From: Kiritimatiellia bacterium | Lineage (GTDB): Bacteria; Verrucomicrobiota; Kiritimatiellia; RFP12; UBA1067 | Direction: 5' to 3' | NCBI GenBank assembly: GCA_017479035.1 | Contig: JAFVCR010000213.1 | Span: 1-31,656, forward strand | Length of the DNA stretch: 31,656 bases | In this document: positions 8,972 through 17,157 of the stretch, one piece after another | How the letters are laid out: each line of letters starts with the position of its first letter | Numbering within the stretch: the first letter of the stretch is position 1 | Made by a program: the position numbers and the translations under genes | Notes under the pieces: generated by a model | Seen by the model: only the letters and a program-made list of their open reading frames with translations | Databases searched by the model: none | What the model was told of the DNA's origin: nothing

Positions 8972-10084
8972 ATGGCACTCGGAAATATTCTACGCAAAGC
9001 ACGCGAGGCGCGCGGATTGACTTTGACCGACATTGCAACTGAAACCCACATACTGCTGCGATACCTGGAAAACATCGAACAAGAGAAATTCAAGCACATC
9101 CCGGCGGAGATATATGGCTGCGGATTCGTCAGCAAATATGCCAAGTTCATGGGGCTGGACGAAGAGCCGCTGCTGGAAGACTTCTCACGGATATGGGAAC
9201 AGACGCATGACGCATCCGGCAGATACCGTCCACCGAATCCCGTGGAGCAACCTCCGCCGCCTGTCGAGGAACCGCAAACCGTGCAAGAACGCGCACCGGT
9301 CGCTCCAGCAGCTGCACCGCAACCTGCCGCGAAGCAAGAAGAGCCCAAAACCGTTGCCGCCCAAAAACCTTCCGCACCCGCAGAACCGGTCGCATTAGAG
9401 GAGCCAACGAAACCGCCGGCGAAAGCGCAACCGGAAGAGCCGCCTGTCGTTTCGATTTTGAACAAACCCAGAAACGATTTGGCATCCAGCGATCTGCCGC
9501 TGTTCGCAACCGATCTGACTGCACCTGCACCACAGGTACAGCCCAAACCGCAGCCGAAAGCCGAAGAACCGCCGCAGGTGCAGCCTCCGCTCAAACCGCG
9601 TGTAACCGCGCCTCCGTATATACCGCCGCCTAGAAGCACCAACTCGGGAGCGTTCACATCCAAGTGGGCAGAGCCGCCTGCAGATGATGCGGAGGCAAAC
9701 AGCGGAGAATCCATTATCAGCAAAATTACGCGATTCTCCCACTCGCTTTTTGGCAAGTCCAGCGGATGGACACGCGGAATGCGCGAGAGCGGGCGGCCAG
9801 CATGGGCGGTGGGAGCGATCGCATTGGGTATTGTTGTCGTGCTGTGGGGGATGTTCGCTCTGTGCAGGAATCTTTATTCAGAGACGACCGATCTCGACGG
9901 TAAACCGATGCACGAGGTTGCCTCCCACTACGAAAAAGGTGGATTGCAGCCCCCCGGGGATACCGATGCCGCAGCGCAAACCGCCAAAGCGGAAACAGCC
10001 GAACCTGCCGTGGAAGCACAGAAGAAAATTCTGCGTTCGACGGGGGGAGAAAATGTGGGGCTTTATTACGATGGCGTTTTGTGA
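8972..10084 (+). CDS. rodZ: RodZ-like protein: N-terminal XRE/HTH_25 domain, long Pro-rich linker, single TM, short C-tail
   Basis: LGNILRKAREARGLTLTDIA...YLENIE...YGCGFVSKYAKFMGLD; AAGGAG SD; position after ftsK is typical of rodZ. Confidence 0.7.
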   Translation: MALGNILRKAREARGLTLTDIATETHILLRYLENIEQEKFKHIPAEIYGCGFVSKYAKFMGLDEEPLLEDFSRIWEQTHDASGRYRPPNPVEQPPPPVEEPQTVQERAPVAPAAAPQPAAKQEEPKTVAAQKPSAPAEPVALEEPTKPPAKAQPEEPPVVSILNKPRNDLASSDLPLFATDLTAPAPQVQPKPQPKAEEPPQVQPPLKPRVTAPPYIPPPRSTNSGAFTSKWAEPPADDAEANSGESIISKITRFSHSLFGKSSGWTRGMRESGRPAWAVGAIALGIVVVLWGMFALCRNLYSETTDLDGKPMHEVASHYEKGGLQPPGDTDAAAQTAKAETAEPAVEAQKKILRSTGGENVGLYYDGVL

Positions 10085-10093
10085 GGCACGGAC

Positions 10094-10657
10094 ATGAAGT
10101 GCGAAATCTGCCACGAAGCGGAAGCCGAGACGGTTTTCGAGGACGGCGCAGGGCATGAACTTTTCGTGTGCAAGCCGTGCGCGGCGGATGCTATGCACAG
10201 GCAAAACAGTGCGGAACGGAATGCCGAAAAAGATGAACCGCAGGTGACTATCGTAAACGCGTCCGGGGAGGAGCCGCCGCAGGTTGTCAAGGCGTTCTTG
10301 CAGGCTACCGCCGAATTTCTAAAAGGGCTTGCCAGAACCGACCTCAAGAAACAGTCGCTCGGGCAATGCCCGCAATGCGGAATGAAGTGGAAGGATGCAA
10401 AGAAAAACAGGCTCCTAGGCTGCCCGCATTGCTACGAGACATTCGCCGACAGGATAGAAGAGGCCTTCCTCCGGAACTGCGCCGGAAAGCGGCATGTAGA
10501 CCATCCGCCGGAGAAAGTTGCATCGGCAGATGTTTCGCGGGCGTATCTAATAAGGGAACTCAAGGATGCGCTGGCGCGTGAAGACTACCGCAAAGCAGCA
10601 CAACTCAAGCGCGAAATAGATCAACTGGACGGCGGCACGGAGGATTCCAGCAAATGA
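10094..10657 (+). CDS. mcsA: McsA (zinc-finger/UVR activator of protein arginine kinase)
   Basis: Four CxxC motifs (CEIC, CKPC, CPQC, CPHC), LLGCPHCYETF, C-terminal UVR domain (ALAREDYRKAAQLKREI). Confidence 0.9.
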   Translation: MKCEICHEAEAETVFEDGAGHELFVCKPCAADAMHRQNSAERNAEKDEPQVTIVNASGEEPPQVVKAFLQATAEFLKGLARTDLKKQSLGQCPQCGMKWKDAKKNRLLGCPHCYETFADRIEEAFLRNCAGKRHVDHPPEKVASADVSRAYLIRELKDALAREDYRKAAQLKREIDQLDGGTEDSSK

Positions 10658-11496
10658 AACTCCGCGACGATCTTCCTTACGGAGCAATGTTTTTCTGGGG
10701 CGAAGTTAGAGTGTTCCGCAATTCAGCCGGCAGAAAATTCAAAGACGGGGACGAATTCGAGTTCACGGAGAAATGGCACACGCCTGCGCGGATCATGCAG
10801 GCATACGCCAAGGCTGCCAAAAGAGCAAACGAACAAGAGGCGAAAACCGTGTTTGCCTGGAACGAACGATTTGGGTATCTCTCGCCGATGCCGGAACACA
10901 TCGGATGCGGGATAGAAGTAGTCGCATCGTTATTCGCCGCAGGGCTCGGCCTGCTAGGGCATTTCGGGCAAACGGTAAATGCGTTCCAGGCGAGGCGCTT
11001 CACCGTGGCAACGCTTGATGTGGAAGGATGGGACAATGTGGCGCACTACATGGATGTGAGGACGTGTGCGTCGCTCGGCAAGACGTCGGAAAACTTCCTG
11101 ATGGAGACGAAAACGTTTCTGGCGGAAGTGGCGCGCCAGGAGGCGGCGGCGCGGGCAAAACTTTTCGGCACGAACAAAATCATACTGGCGGATGCAGCGG
11201 CACGATCGTTGGCGATTTTGAAAGCGGCGAAAATGATGTCGCCCTGGGAGGCGGTGGATCTGCTCGCACCGCTATATCTGCTGGCACTGGAAAACTCTCT
11301 CTCAGGGATAGCATTTGAAGACGTAATGGACATGATGCTCAAGCCCATTGCAAAGGGCGTATTCCGCAGAGACCCCGAAACGCCAGAGGACGACCGCAGA
11401 CGCGACGAGGAAGATGCGGTATTCGCAAGCGAAATGAACAGGATTTTTGAAAACGTCCGCATAAACAAACGCGGAGAAAGGATGCTTTATGGCTAA
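10654..11496 (+). CDS. mcsB: Degenerate McsB-like ATP:guanido phosphotransferase homolog, probably catalytically inactive
   Basis: Lies between mcsA and clpC; [25 protein letters not shown] and [16 protein letters not shown] align with McsB segments; NEEDH motif and catalytic Cys absent. Confidence 0.75.
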   Translation: MKLRDDLPYGAMFFWGEVRVFRNSAGRKFKDGDEFEFTEKWHTPARIMQAYAKAAKRANEQEAKTVFAWNERFGYLSPMPEHIGCGIEVVASLFAAGLGLLGHFGQTVNAFQARRFTVATLDVEGWDNVAHYMDVRTCASLGKTSENFLMETKTFLAEVARQEAAARAKLFGTNKIILADAAARSLAILKAAKMMSPWEAVDLLAPLYLLALENSLSGIAFEDVMDMMLKPIAKGVFRRDPETPEDDRRRDEEDAVFASEMNRIFENVRINKRGERMLYG

Positions 11497-13954
11497 CAAC
11501 TATTCACCATCTGCGCAAGAAGCGCTGGACAACGCATCGGATGTGGCAAGCCACTTCAATCACGATCACGTTGGAACCGAACACATACTCTATGCAATCT
11601 GCGCGTTGAAAAAATGCGAAGCCTGCAAGCGTTTCGCGCATCTGGGAATCGACCCGGACGACATACGCGTGCAGATAGAACAGACCATCGGACATGGCGA
11701 TGGTGCGCGGACGCTTGGCGAGAGACCTCTCACGGCTCGCACAAGGAAGATCCTTGAAATGGCGAAACTGCGTTCGAACAAAGGCAAAAAAAATTTCATC
11801 GGCACGGACGATATTGTGGAGGCGATCCTCGAAGAGGGAGAATCCGTTGCCGCGCAGATACTATACGGGCATGAGCTGTCGCTAGAGAAATTCGTGGAAG
11901 CCGCGCATGGTTCGATGGAAGATGCGGACGATGGCGAAGAGGACGATGATGACGAACCGCAAATCAAAAAGCATTCCAACAGGCAAGACAGGGACAAGAA
12001 AGGCGATGACGGCAAAACGCCGTCGCTAAACCATTTCGGGCGCGACCTCACAGATCTTGCACGCAAGGGTGAACTGGATCCGGTGGTCGGCCGCAAAACG
12101 GAGCTTGAGCGCGTGATCCAGATTCTCTCGCGCCGGACGAAAAACAATGCGGTGCTCATCGGCGAGGCCGGCGTGGGCAAAACCGCCGTGGTGGAAGGGC
12201 TTGCGGAGGCGATCACCGCCGGCGAGGTGCCAGAGCGCATGCTGAACAAACGCGTCATAGCACTAGACCTTGCACATGTCGTGGCGGGCACGCAGTATCG
12301 CGGGCAGTTCGAGGAACGCTTGAAGCAAATAATCGAAGAAACCAAGCGCGTGAAGAACGTAATACTCTTCCTAGACGAAATCCACACGATGGTCGGCGCG
12401 GGCGGATCCGAAGGCGCGATGGACGCGGCAAACATCTTGAAGCCCGCGCTCGCCAGGGGAGAGTTGCAATGCGTAGGCGCAACCACACTAAAGGAATACC
12501 ACAAGTCAATCGAAAAAGACGCAGCCCTCGAACGTCGCTTCCAATCAATAATCGTCAACGAGCCATCGCAGGCGGAATGCGTAGAAATACTCAAAGGCAT
12601 CGCACCGAGATACGAGAGCCACCACAATGTAAAATTCACGCCGGAAGCATTGGACGCGGCGGTGAAATTGACTGCACGCTATCTGCCTACGCGTCTGTTG
12701 CCCGACAAGGCAATCGATGCCATCGACGAGACCGGTGCGCGCGTGCGCATGAAAACCACCGTGCGTCCGCCAGATCAAAAAGAGGAGTTGAAGGCCATCA
12801 ATGAAATCCACGCTCGCAAGCAGGAGGCCATCGACCATGCCGACTACGACACCGCCGCAGAATGCCGCGATGCAGAGATAAAGGCACGCGCCGCGCTTGA
12901 GCAGAAACTCAAGAAATGGCGCGAAGAGCATTCGGAAAAGCAACTCACCGTTTCCGAAAGCGACATCGCTGCAACAGTCGCAAGCATTTCAGGCGTGCCT
13001 GTCCAACGCATGAGCGATGAAGACTCCGGCAAACTCCTTTCCATCGAAAAAGAACTTTCCGCAATAGTAGTAGGCCAGCAGGATGCGATCGTTTCCATCG
13101 CACGCGCATTGCGCCGCAGCCGTGCGGCACTGGGCGATCCGAAGCGTCCCATCGGTTCGTTTCTTTTTCTGGGGCCTACGGGCGTGGGCAAAACACTCCT
13201 TGCAAAAATGCTTGCGGAGCGCATCTATGGCGACCCGAAGGCTCTCATATCGCTGGACATGACAGAGTTCTCGTCAGCATTCACATCGTCACGATTGGTG
13301 GGAGCACCGCCCGGATATGTAGGCTACGATGAAGGAAGCCAGTTGACCGAGCGCGTGCGCCGCCGTCCATATTCCGTCGTGTTGTTCGACGAATTTGAAA
13401 AGGCATCGAGCGACGTGATGAACATGATGCTGCAACTTCTCGAAGACGGCCACCTCACCGACGGGCAAGGCCGGCAAGTGGATTTCCGCAACACCATCAT
13501 CATCGCCACCGCCAACCTTGGATTCGATTTTGCCAGAGAAGGCAGGTCGCTTGGTTTCGGCATGAACGATGCTGGCGCATCCTACGAAAATCTAAAAGCA
13601 CGGCTCATGGACGAAGCCAAACGCACGTTCCGCCCGGAACTGCTAAACCGCTTTGACGAAACGGTGGTATTCCGCCAGCTCGAACATGATGACGTTGTCG
13701 TTGTGCTGGATCTTGAACTTGCCAAACTCCGCGCGCGCCTCTCCGAGAAGGACATGACGCTTGCACTGGACGCGGATGCCGTGGAATTCCTTGTCAAGCA
13801 AGGTTTCGATGCTGCCAATGGCGCACGTCCTCTTCGCCGCACCGTCCAGCGGCTTGTGGAGGATCCCATCGCGGAGGAATTGCTGCGCGGCGGTTTCCAT
13901 CCGGGCGAAATAAAGGCGACTCTTGCCGACGGCGCGTTGGTCTTCCGCCAATGA
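11489..13954 (+). CDS. clpC: ATP-dependent Clp protease ATP-binding subunit ClpC
   Basis: Double Clp-N domain, NBD1 [12 protein letters not shown], short UVR-type M domain, NBD2 [14 protein letters not shown], ClpP-binding LGF loop (GRSLGFG). Confidence 0.96.
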   Translation: MANNYSPSAQEALDNASDVASHFNHDHVGTEHILYAICALKKCEACKRFAHLGIDPDDIRVQIEQTIGHGDGARTLGERPLTARTRKILEMAKLRSNKGKKNFIGTDDIVEAILEEGESVAAQILYGHELSLEKFVEAAHGSMEDADDGEEDDDDEPQIKKHSNRQDRDKKGDDGKTPSLNHFGRDLTDLARKGELDPVVGRKTELERVIQILSRRTKNNAVLIGEAGVGKTAVVEGLAEAITAGEVPERMLNKRVIALDLAHVVAGTQYRGQFEERLKQIIEETKRVKNVILFLDEIHTMVGAGGSEGAMDAANILKPALARGELQCVGATTLKEYHKSIEKDAALERRFQSIIVNEPSQAECVEILKGIAPRYESHHNVKFTPEALDAAVKLTARYLPTRLLPDKAIDAIDETGARVRMKTTVRPPDQKEELKAINEIHARKQEAIDHADYDTAAECRDAEIKARAALEQKLKKWREEHSEKQLTVSESDIAATVASISGVPVQRMSDEDSGKLLSIEKELSAIVVGQQDAIVSIARALRRSRAALGDPKRPIGSFLFLGPTGVGKTLLAKMLAERIYGDPKALISLDMTEFSSAFTSSRLVGAPPGYVGYDEGSQLTERVRRRPYSVVLFDEFEKASSDVMNMMLQLLEDGHLTDGQGRQVDFRNTIIIATANLGFDFAREGRSLGFGMNDAGASYENLKARLMDEAKRTFRPELLNRFDETVVFRQLEHDDVVVVLDLELAKLRARLSEKDMTLALDADAVEFLVKQGFDAANGARPLRRTVQRLVEDPIAEELLRGGFHPGEIKATLADGALVFRQ

Positions 13955-14496
13955 TGCGGCGCATCGGGATTTTCGGCGGGTCTTTCAACCCGGTTCACAA
14001 CGGGCATATCCGTGTGGCGCTTGCCGCCGCGCGGGATTGCAACCTAGACAAGGTTTTTGCAATCCCCGCGCATGTTTCGCCGTTCAAAACGTCATCTCCG
14101 CCGTGGCCTGACGCATTCCGGCTTGAACTCGTGCGCATTGCATTCGCGCCATTCGCCCCTCTGCTTGAAGTGTCCGCATTTGAAATCGAACGCGCCTGCA
14201 CCAGTTATGCAATCGATACCGTGCGGCACTTCAAAGCCCTTTATCCCGGAGCGGAAATCTTCTTCATCATCGGCGAAGACTCCCTTGCCGGACTGCCGCG
14301 ATGGAAGGACTGGACGGAATTGCAACGCCTGGCACATTTCAAGGCATACCCTCGCACGTTTGAGAGTTCTACCGAAATCCGCCGCCGTCTTGCCTCCGGC
14401 GAAGACATTTCTGGATTCGTTCCTGCCGCAATCATTCCGAAACTAGCGGCGTTTGCCGCTGCTGAACAGGCCAAAGCCGCCCCCGGAAACGGATAA
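13951..14496 (+). CDS. nadD: Nicotinate-nucleotide adenylyltransferase
   Basis: [31 protein letters not shown]; ATGA overlap with clpC. Confidence 0.95.
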   Translation: MMRRIGIFGGSFNPVHNGHIRVALAAARDCNLDKVFAIPAHVSPFKTSSPPWPDAFRLELVRIAFAPFAPLLEVSAFEIERACTSYAIDTVRHFKALYPGAEIFFIIGEDSLAGLPRWKDWTELQRLAHFKAYPRTFESSTEIRRRLASGEDISGFVPAAIIPKLAAFAAAEQAKAAPGNG

Positions 14497-14533
14497 AGTC
14501 CCCGCACGGCGCAAACGCCTGTGCAGGGGCTTT
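14495..14533. terminator. Probable bidirectional intrinsic terminator between convergent nadD and glnA
   Basis: AAAG-T-CCCC-GCAC-GGCG-(CAAA)-CGCC-T-GTGC-A-GGGG-CTTT stem-loop with short A/T tails on both sides. Confidence 0.65.
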
Positions 14534-14549
14534 CATGCGGCGCACACCA

Positions 14550-16682
14550 TCAGTATACGAAAAGCATCTCGCGGTATTTAGGCAGCGGCCATTTGTCGTC
14601 GGCAATGCGTTTTTCCAGTGTATCCACCGTTGTGCGGAGTGCGGTCATCGCGGATACTATGCCCTCGCTCTTGCCTGGTATCGCATTCGACAGCGCCACA
14701 AGGTTGGAGCGGAGCGCATCGAGCGCGGCACCGAGTTCGATCGCTTCTGCTTTCAACGCCGCAGTGCCTGAAGCGATGCCTGTAGCCTCTGCCTTGGCGT
14801 ACGCATCGAGAGTCTCGGAGTATTCGGCCTTGGCGGCGGGAAGGATCATCGAACCTGCGATGTCCAATGCCATATTCGCTTCTATTGCAAGGCGGCGTGT
14901 GTAGTCCTCCACAGCAATCTCGTAGCGGCTTTCAAGTTCGCGGCGGTTGAGAACTTTGTATTTCTCGTATAGTGCGATGTTCTCCTCTTTGAGGAACGCT
15001 TTTGCCGCCTCCGGAGCCGTGCGGGCGTTGGGTAGACCGCGTTTTGCAGCCTCCAGCGGCCACTCGGCGGTGTAGCCGTCGCCATTGAAAATCACTCTCT
15101 TGTGTGCCTTGATCACCTCGCGCAGGTGATCTTGGAGTTTCGTGTGGAAACTTGCCGCCGGGAATGTTTCCAGAACATCGGCCATTTCGTCGAACGCCTC
15201 CGCCACGATTGTATCTAGCACCGTATTGCAGGACGAGCACGACTGCGACGAACCAGGCGCACGGAACTCGAATTTGTTTCCCGTGAACGCGAACGGCGAA
15301 GTGCGGTTGCGATCGGTGGAGTCCTTCGGCAGCGGCGGCAGCATGTCCACGCCTACCTTCATAACGCCGCCGGATTTCTTTGCGGCCGCCGTCCCCTTCT
15401 CTAGGCTGTCCACTATTGCCGCAAGTTGATCGCCAAGATACATCGAAATAATCGCTGGCGGAGCCTCGTTTGCTCCGAGGCGATGGTCGTTGGCGGCGGA
15501 GGCCACGGAGCAACGCAGAAGGTCGGCATGCTTGTCGATCGCGGCGATTATGGCGGTTAGGACAGTGAGGAACACCGCATTGTCCTGCGGATTGTCTCCG
15601 GGGTTGAGGAGGTTCTTCTTGCCGTAATTTACAGACCAGTTATTGTGCTTGCCGGAGCCGTTGACGCCCGCAAAAGGTTTTTCGTGGAGGAGGCACACGA
15701 GCCCGTGGCGGTCGGCAACCTGCTGCAGAGTTTCCATCACTAGCATATTGTGGTCGCAAGCAACATTCACAGTCTCGAAAAGCGGAGCCAATTCAAACTG
15801 TGCGGGTGCTACCTCGTTGTGACGCGTTTTCGCCGGGATACCCAATTTCCAAAGTTCGATTTCCACATCGTGCATGAAGTCGAGTATGCGCCCGGGTATG
15901 GAGCCGAAATAGTGGTCTTCCAACTGCTGATGCTTGGCCGAGGCCGCACCGAAAAGCGTGCGCCCGCACTGCACAAGGTCGGGACGCGCCAGATAGAACG
16001 CCTTGTCAACAAGGAAGTATTCCTGCTCCACGCCAAGGGTGATGGTTACGTTTTCGTCGGGCATTCCAAAGCATTTCATCAACCGCTTCGTACTGGCGGA
16101 AAGCGCCTGCATTGAGCGCAGCAGCGGTGTTTTCTTGTCCAGTGCCTCGCCCGTGTATGAGCAGAATGCCGTAGGAATGCAGAGCGTGGCGCCGGAACCG
16201 TGGCGCTTGATGAATGCAGGCGAAGTGGGATCCCACGCCGTGTATCCGCGCGCCTCGGCTGTGGAGCGAATGCCGCCGGACGGGAACGACGACGCATCCG
16301 GCTCGCCCACTATGAGATTCTTGCCGCTAAAAGACATAATAGGCTCGCCGTTGTCGAAATCCACAAACGAATCGTGCTTCTCGGCGGTAACCCCCGTCAA
16401 CGGCTGAAACCAATGCGTATAGTGTGTGCATCCGCGGTCGAGCGCCCATTCCTTCATCGCATGGGCCACCTCGCCCGCTATGGAAGCGTCAAGCGGAGTG
16501 TTTCTTGTGATTGTCGCCGCGAGTTTCTTGTACGTATCCTTCGCAAGATACTGCTTCATCATCTTGATGGAAAACACGTCTTCCGCATACGGAATAGTCG
16601 AGACATGTTCCGCTGCCTGCGGAGGCGTTCCCTTCATGGATGCGACTTTTTTTATGCCGGCCAGTCTTGCGCAGTTGCTCAT
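14550..16682 (-). CDS. glnA: Glutamine synthetase type III (GlnN-type)
   Basis: THYTHWFQPLTG, GEPDASSFPSGG, GVEQEYFL, HNEVAPAQFE, HEKPFAGVNGSGKHNNWS, DRNRTSPFAFTGNKFEFR. Start moved to MSNCAR (GGAGA SD), 710 aa. Confidence 0.97.
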   Translation of the reverse strand: MSNCARLAGIKKVASMKGTPPQAAEHVSTIPYAEDVFSIKMMKQYLAKDTYKKLAATITRNTPLDASIAGEVAHAMKEWALDRGCTHYTHWFQPLTGVTAEKHDSFVDFDNGEPIMSFSGKNLIVGEPDASSFPSGGIRSTAEARGYTAWDPTSPAFIKRHGSGATLCIPTAFCSYTGEALDKKTPLLRSMQALSASTKRLMKCFGMPDENVTITLGVEQEYFLVDKAFYLARPDLVQCGRTLFGAASAKHQQLEDHYFGSIPGRILDFMHDVEIELWKLGIPAKTRHNEVAPAQFELAPLFETVNVACDHNMLVMETLQQVADRHGLVCLLHEKPFAGVNGSGKHNNWSVNYGKKNLLNPGDNPQDNAVFLTVLTAIIAAIDKHADLLRCSVASAANDHRLGANEAPPAIISMYLGDQLAAIVDSLEKGTAAAKKSGGVMKVGVDMLPPLPKDSTDRNRTSPFAFTGNKFEFRAPGSSQSCSSCNTVLDTIVAEAFDEMADVLETFPAASFHTKLQDHLREVIKAHKRVIFNGDGYTAEWPLEAAKRGLPNARTAPEAAKAFLKEENIALYEKYKVLNRRELESRYEIAVEDYTRRLAIEANMALDIAGSMILPAAKAEYSETLDAYAKAEATGIASGTAALKAEAIELGAALDALRSNLVALSNAIPGKSEGIVSAMTALRTTVDTLEKRIADDKWPLPKYREMLFVY

Positions 16683-16710
16683 TTTTGTAGTTTCTCCATT
16701 GTTTGCTGCT

Positions 16711-16739
16711 ATTATAGCATACCCCATGCCACTTGTAAA
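16711..16739 (-). promoter_or_regulatory. glnA promoter TTTACA-17-TATAAT with extended TG
   Basis: Near-consensus hexamers with an exact 17-nt spacer, followed by a short leader with GGAGA SD. Confidence 0.8.
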
Positions 16740-16752
16740 ACATTCTTTTACA
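16734..16752. promoter_or_regulatory. Operator-like palindrome TGTAAAA-N5-TTTTACA overlapping the glnA -35
   Basis: Perfect 7-bp inverted repeat; one half-site contains the -35 hexamer. Confidence 0.5.
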
Positions 16753-16914
16753 ATTATTTGCACGCCAAATTTGCGATATTATCCCACAAAACGTAAAATT
16801 GCGGCATTTCAAGCCTTACGTTTTTGTAAACCACGCAATTCAACACTCTTCCAACCCTGCTTTCCCTAACCGCCAAGGAGGTGCGCACATCGTTCATGGC
16901 AAGTGCAATTTTAT

Positions 16915-17068
16915 TTAGGTCGGCCTAATTGTTCAATTAGGTCAACCTAATTACTTGATTAGGTCGGCCTAATTACTTGATTAGGTCAACCTAATTACTC
17001 AATTGGGTCGGCCTAATTACTTGATTGGGTCGACCTAATTACTTGATTAGGTCGGCCTAATGTTTCAA
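16915..17068. repeat. Tandem array of seven 22-bp units, consensus TTAGGTCRRCCTAATTACTTGA, each with a palindromic core
   Basis: Units start at 16915, 16937, 16959, 16981, 17003, 17025 and 17047; core centre alternates CGG/CAA/CGG/CAA/CGG/CGA/CGG. Confidence 0.97.
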
Positions 17069-17157
17069 ACACCGTCAGCCCCGGCAATTTTATTGGAAAT
17101 GCCGGCAATGAATACACTTGCAGCCAGGCAAAATCCCGGCGGTGCAGTTGAGTCTAA

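Noticed and set aside
10654-11496. mcsB as a pseudogene
   Set aside because: The frame is intact, with coupled start and stop and a retained C-terminal domain; better described as a degenerate coding gene pending dN/dS.
16880-16907. dif site (GGTGCGCA matches the start of the E. coli XerC arm)
   Set aside because: The match ends after 8 nt; there is no TTATGTTAAA-like XerD arm at the correct spacing.
16915-17068. CRISPR array or type III toxin-antitoxin RNA array
   Set aside because: Units are contiguous with no unique spacers and no cas genes are nearby; the flanking genes (rluA, glnA) are not ToxN/CptN/TenpN-like toxins.
12400-17100. Replication terminus inferred from converging genes and a G/C skew change
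   Set aside because: Minus-strand genes at the far left (455-1935) are as C-rich on the plus strand as those on the right, so the skew follows the coding strand rather than a replichore; no dif found.
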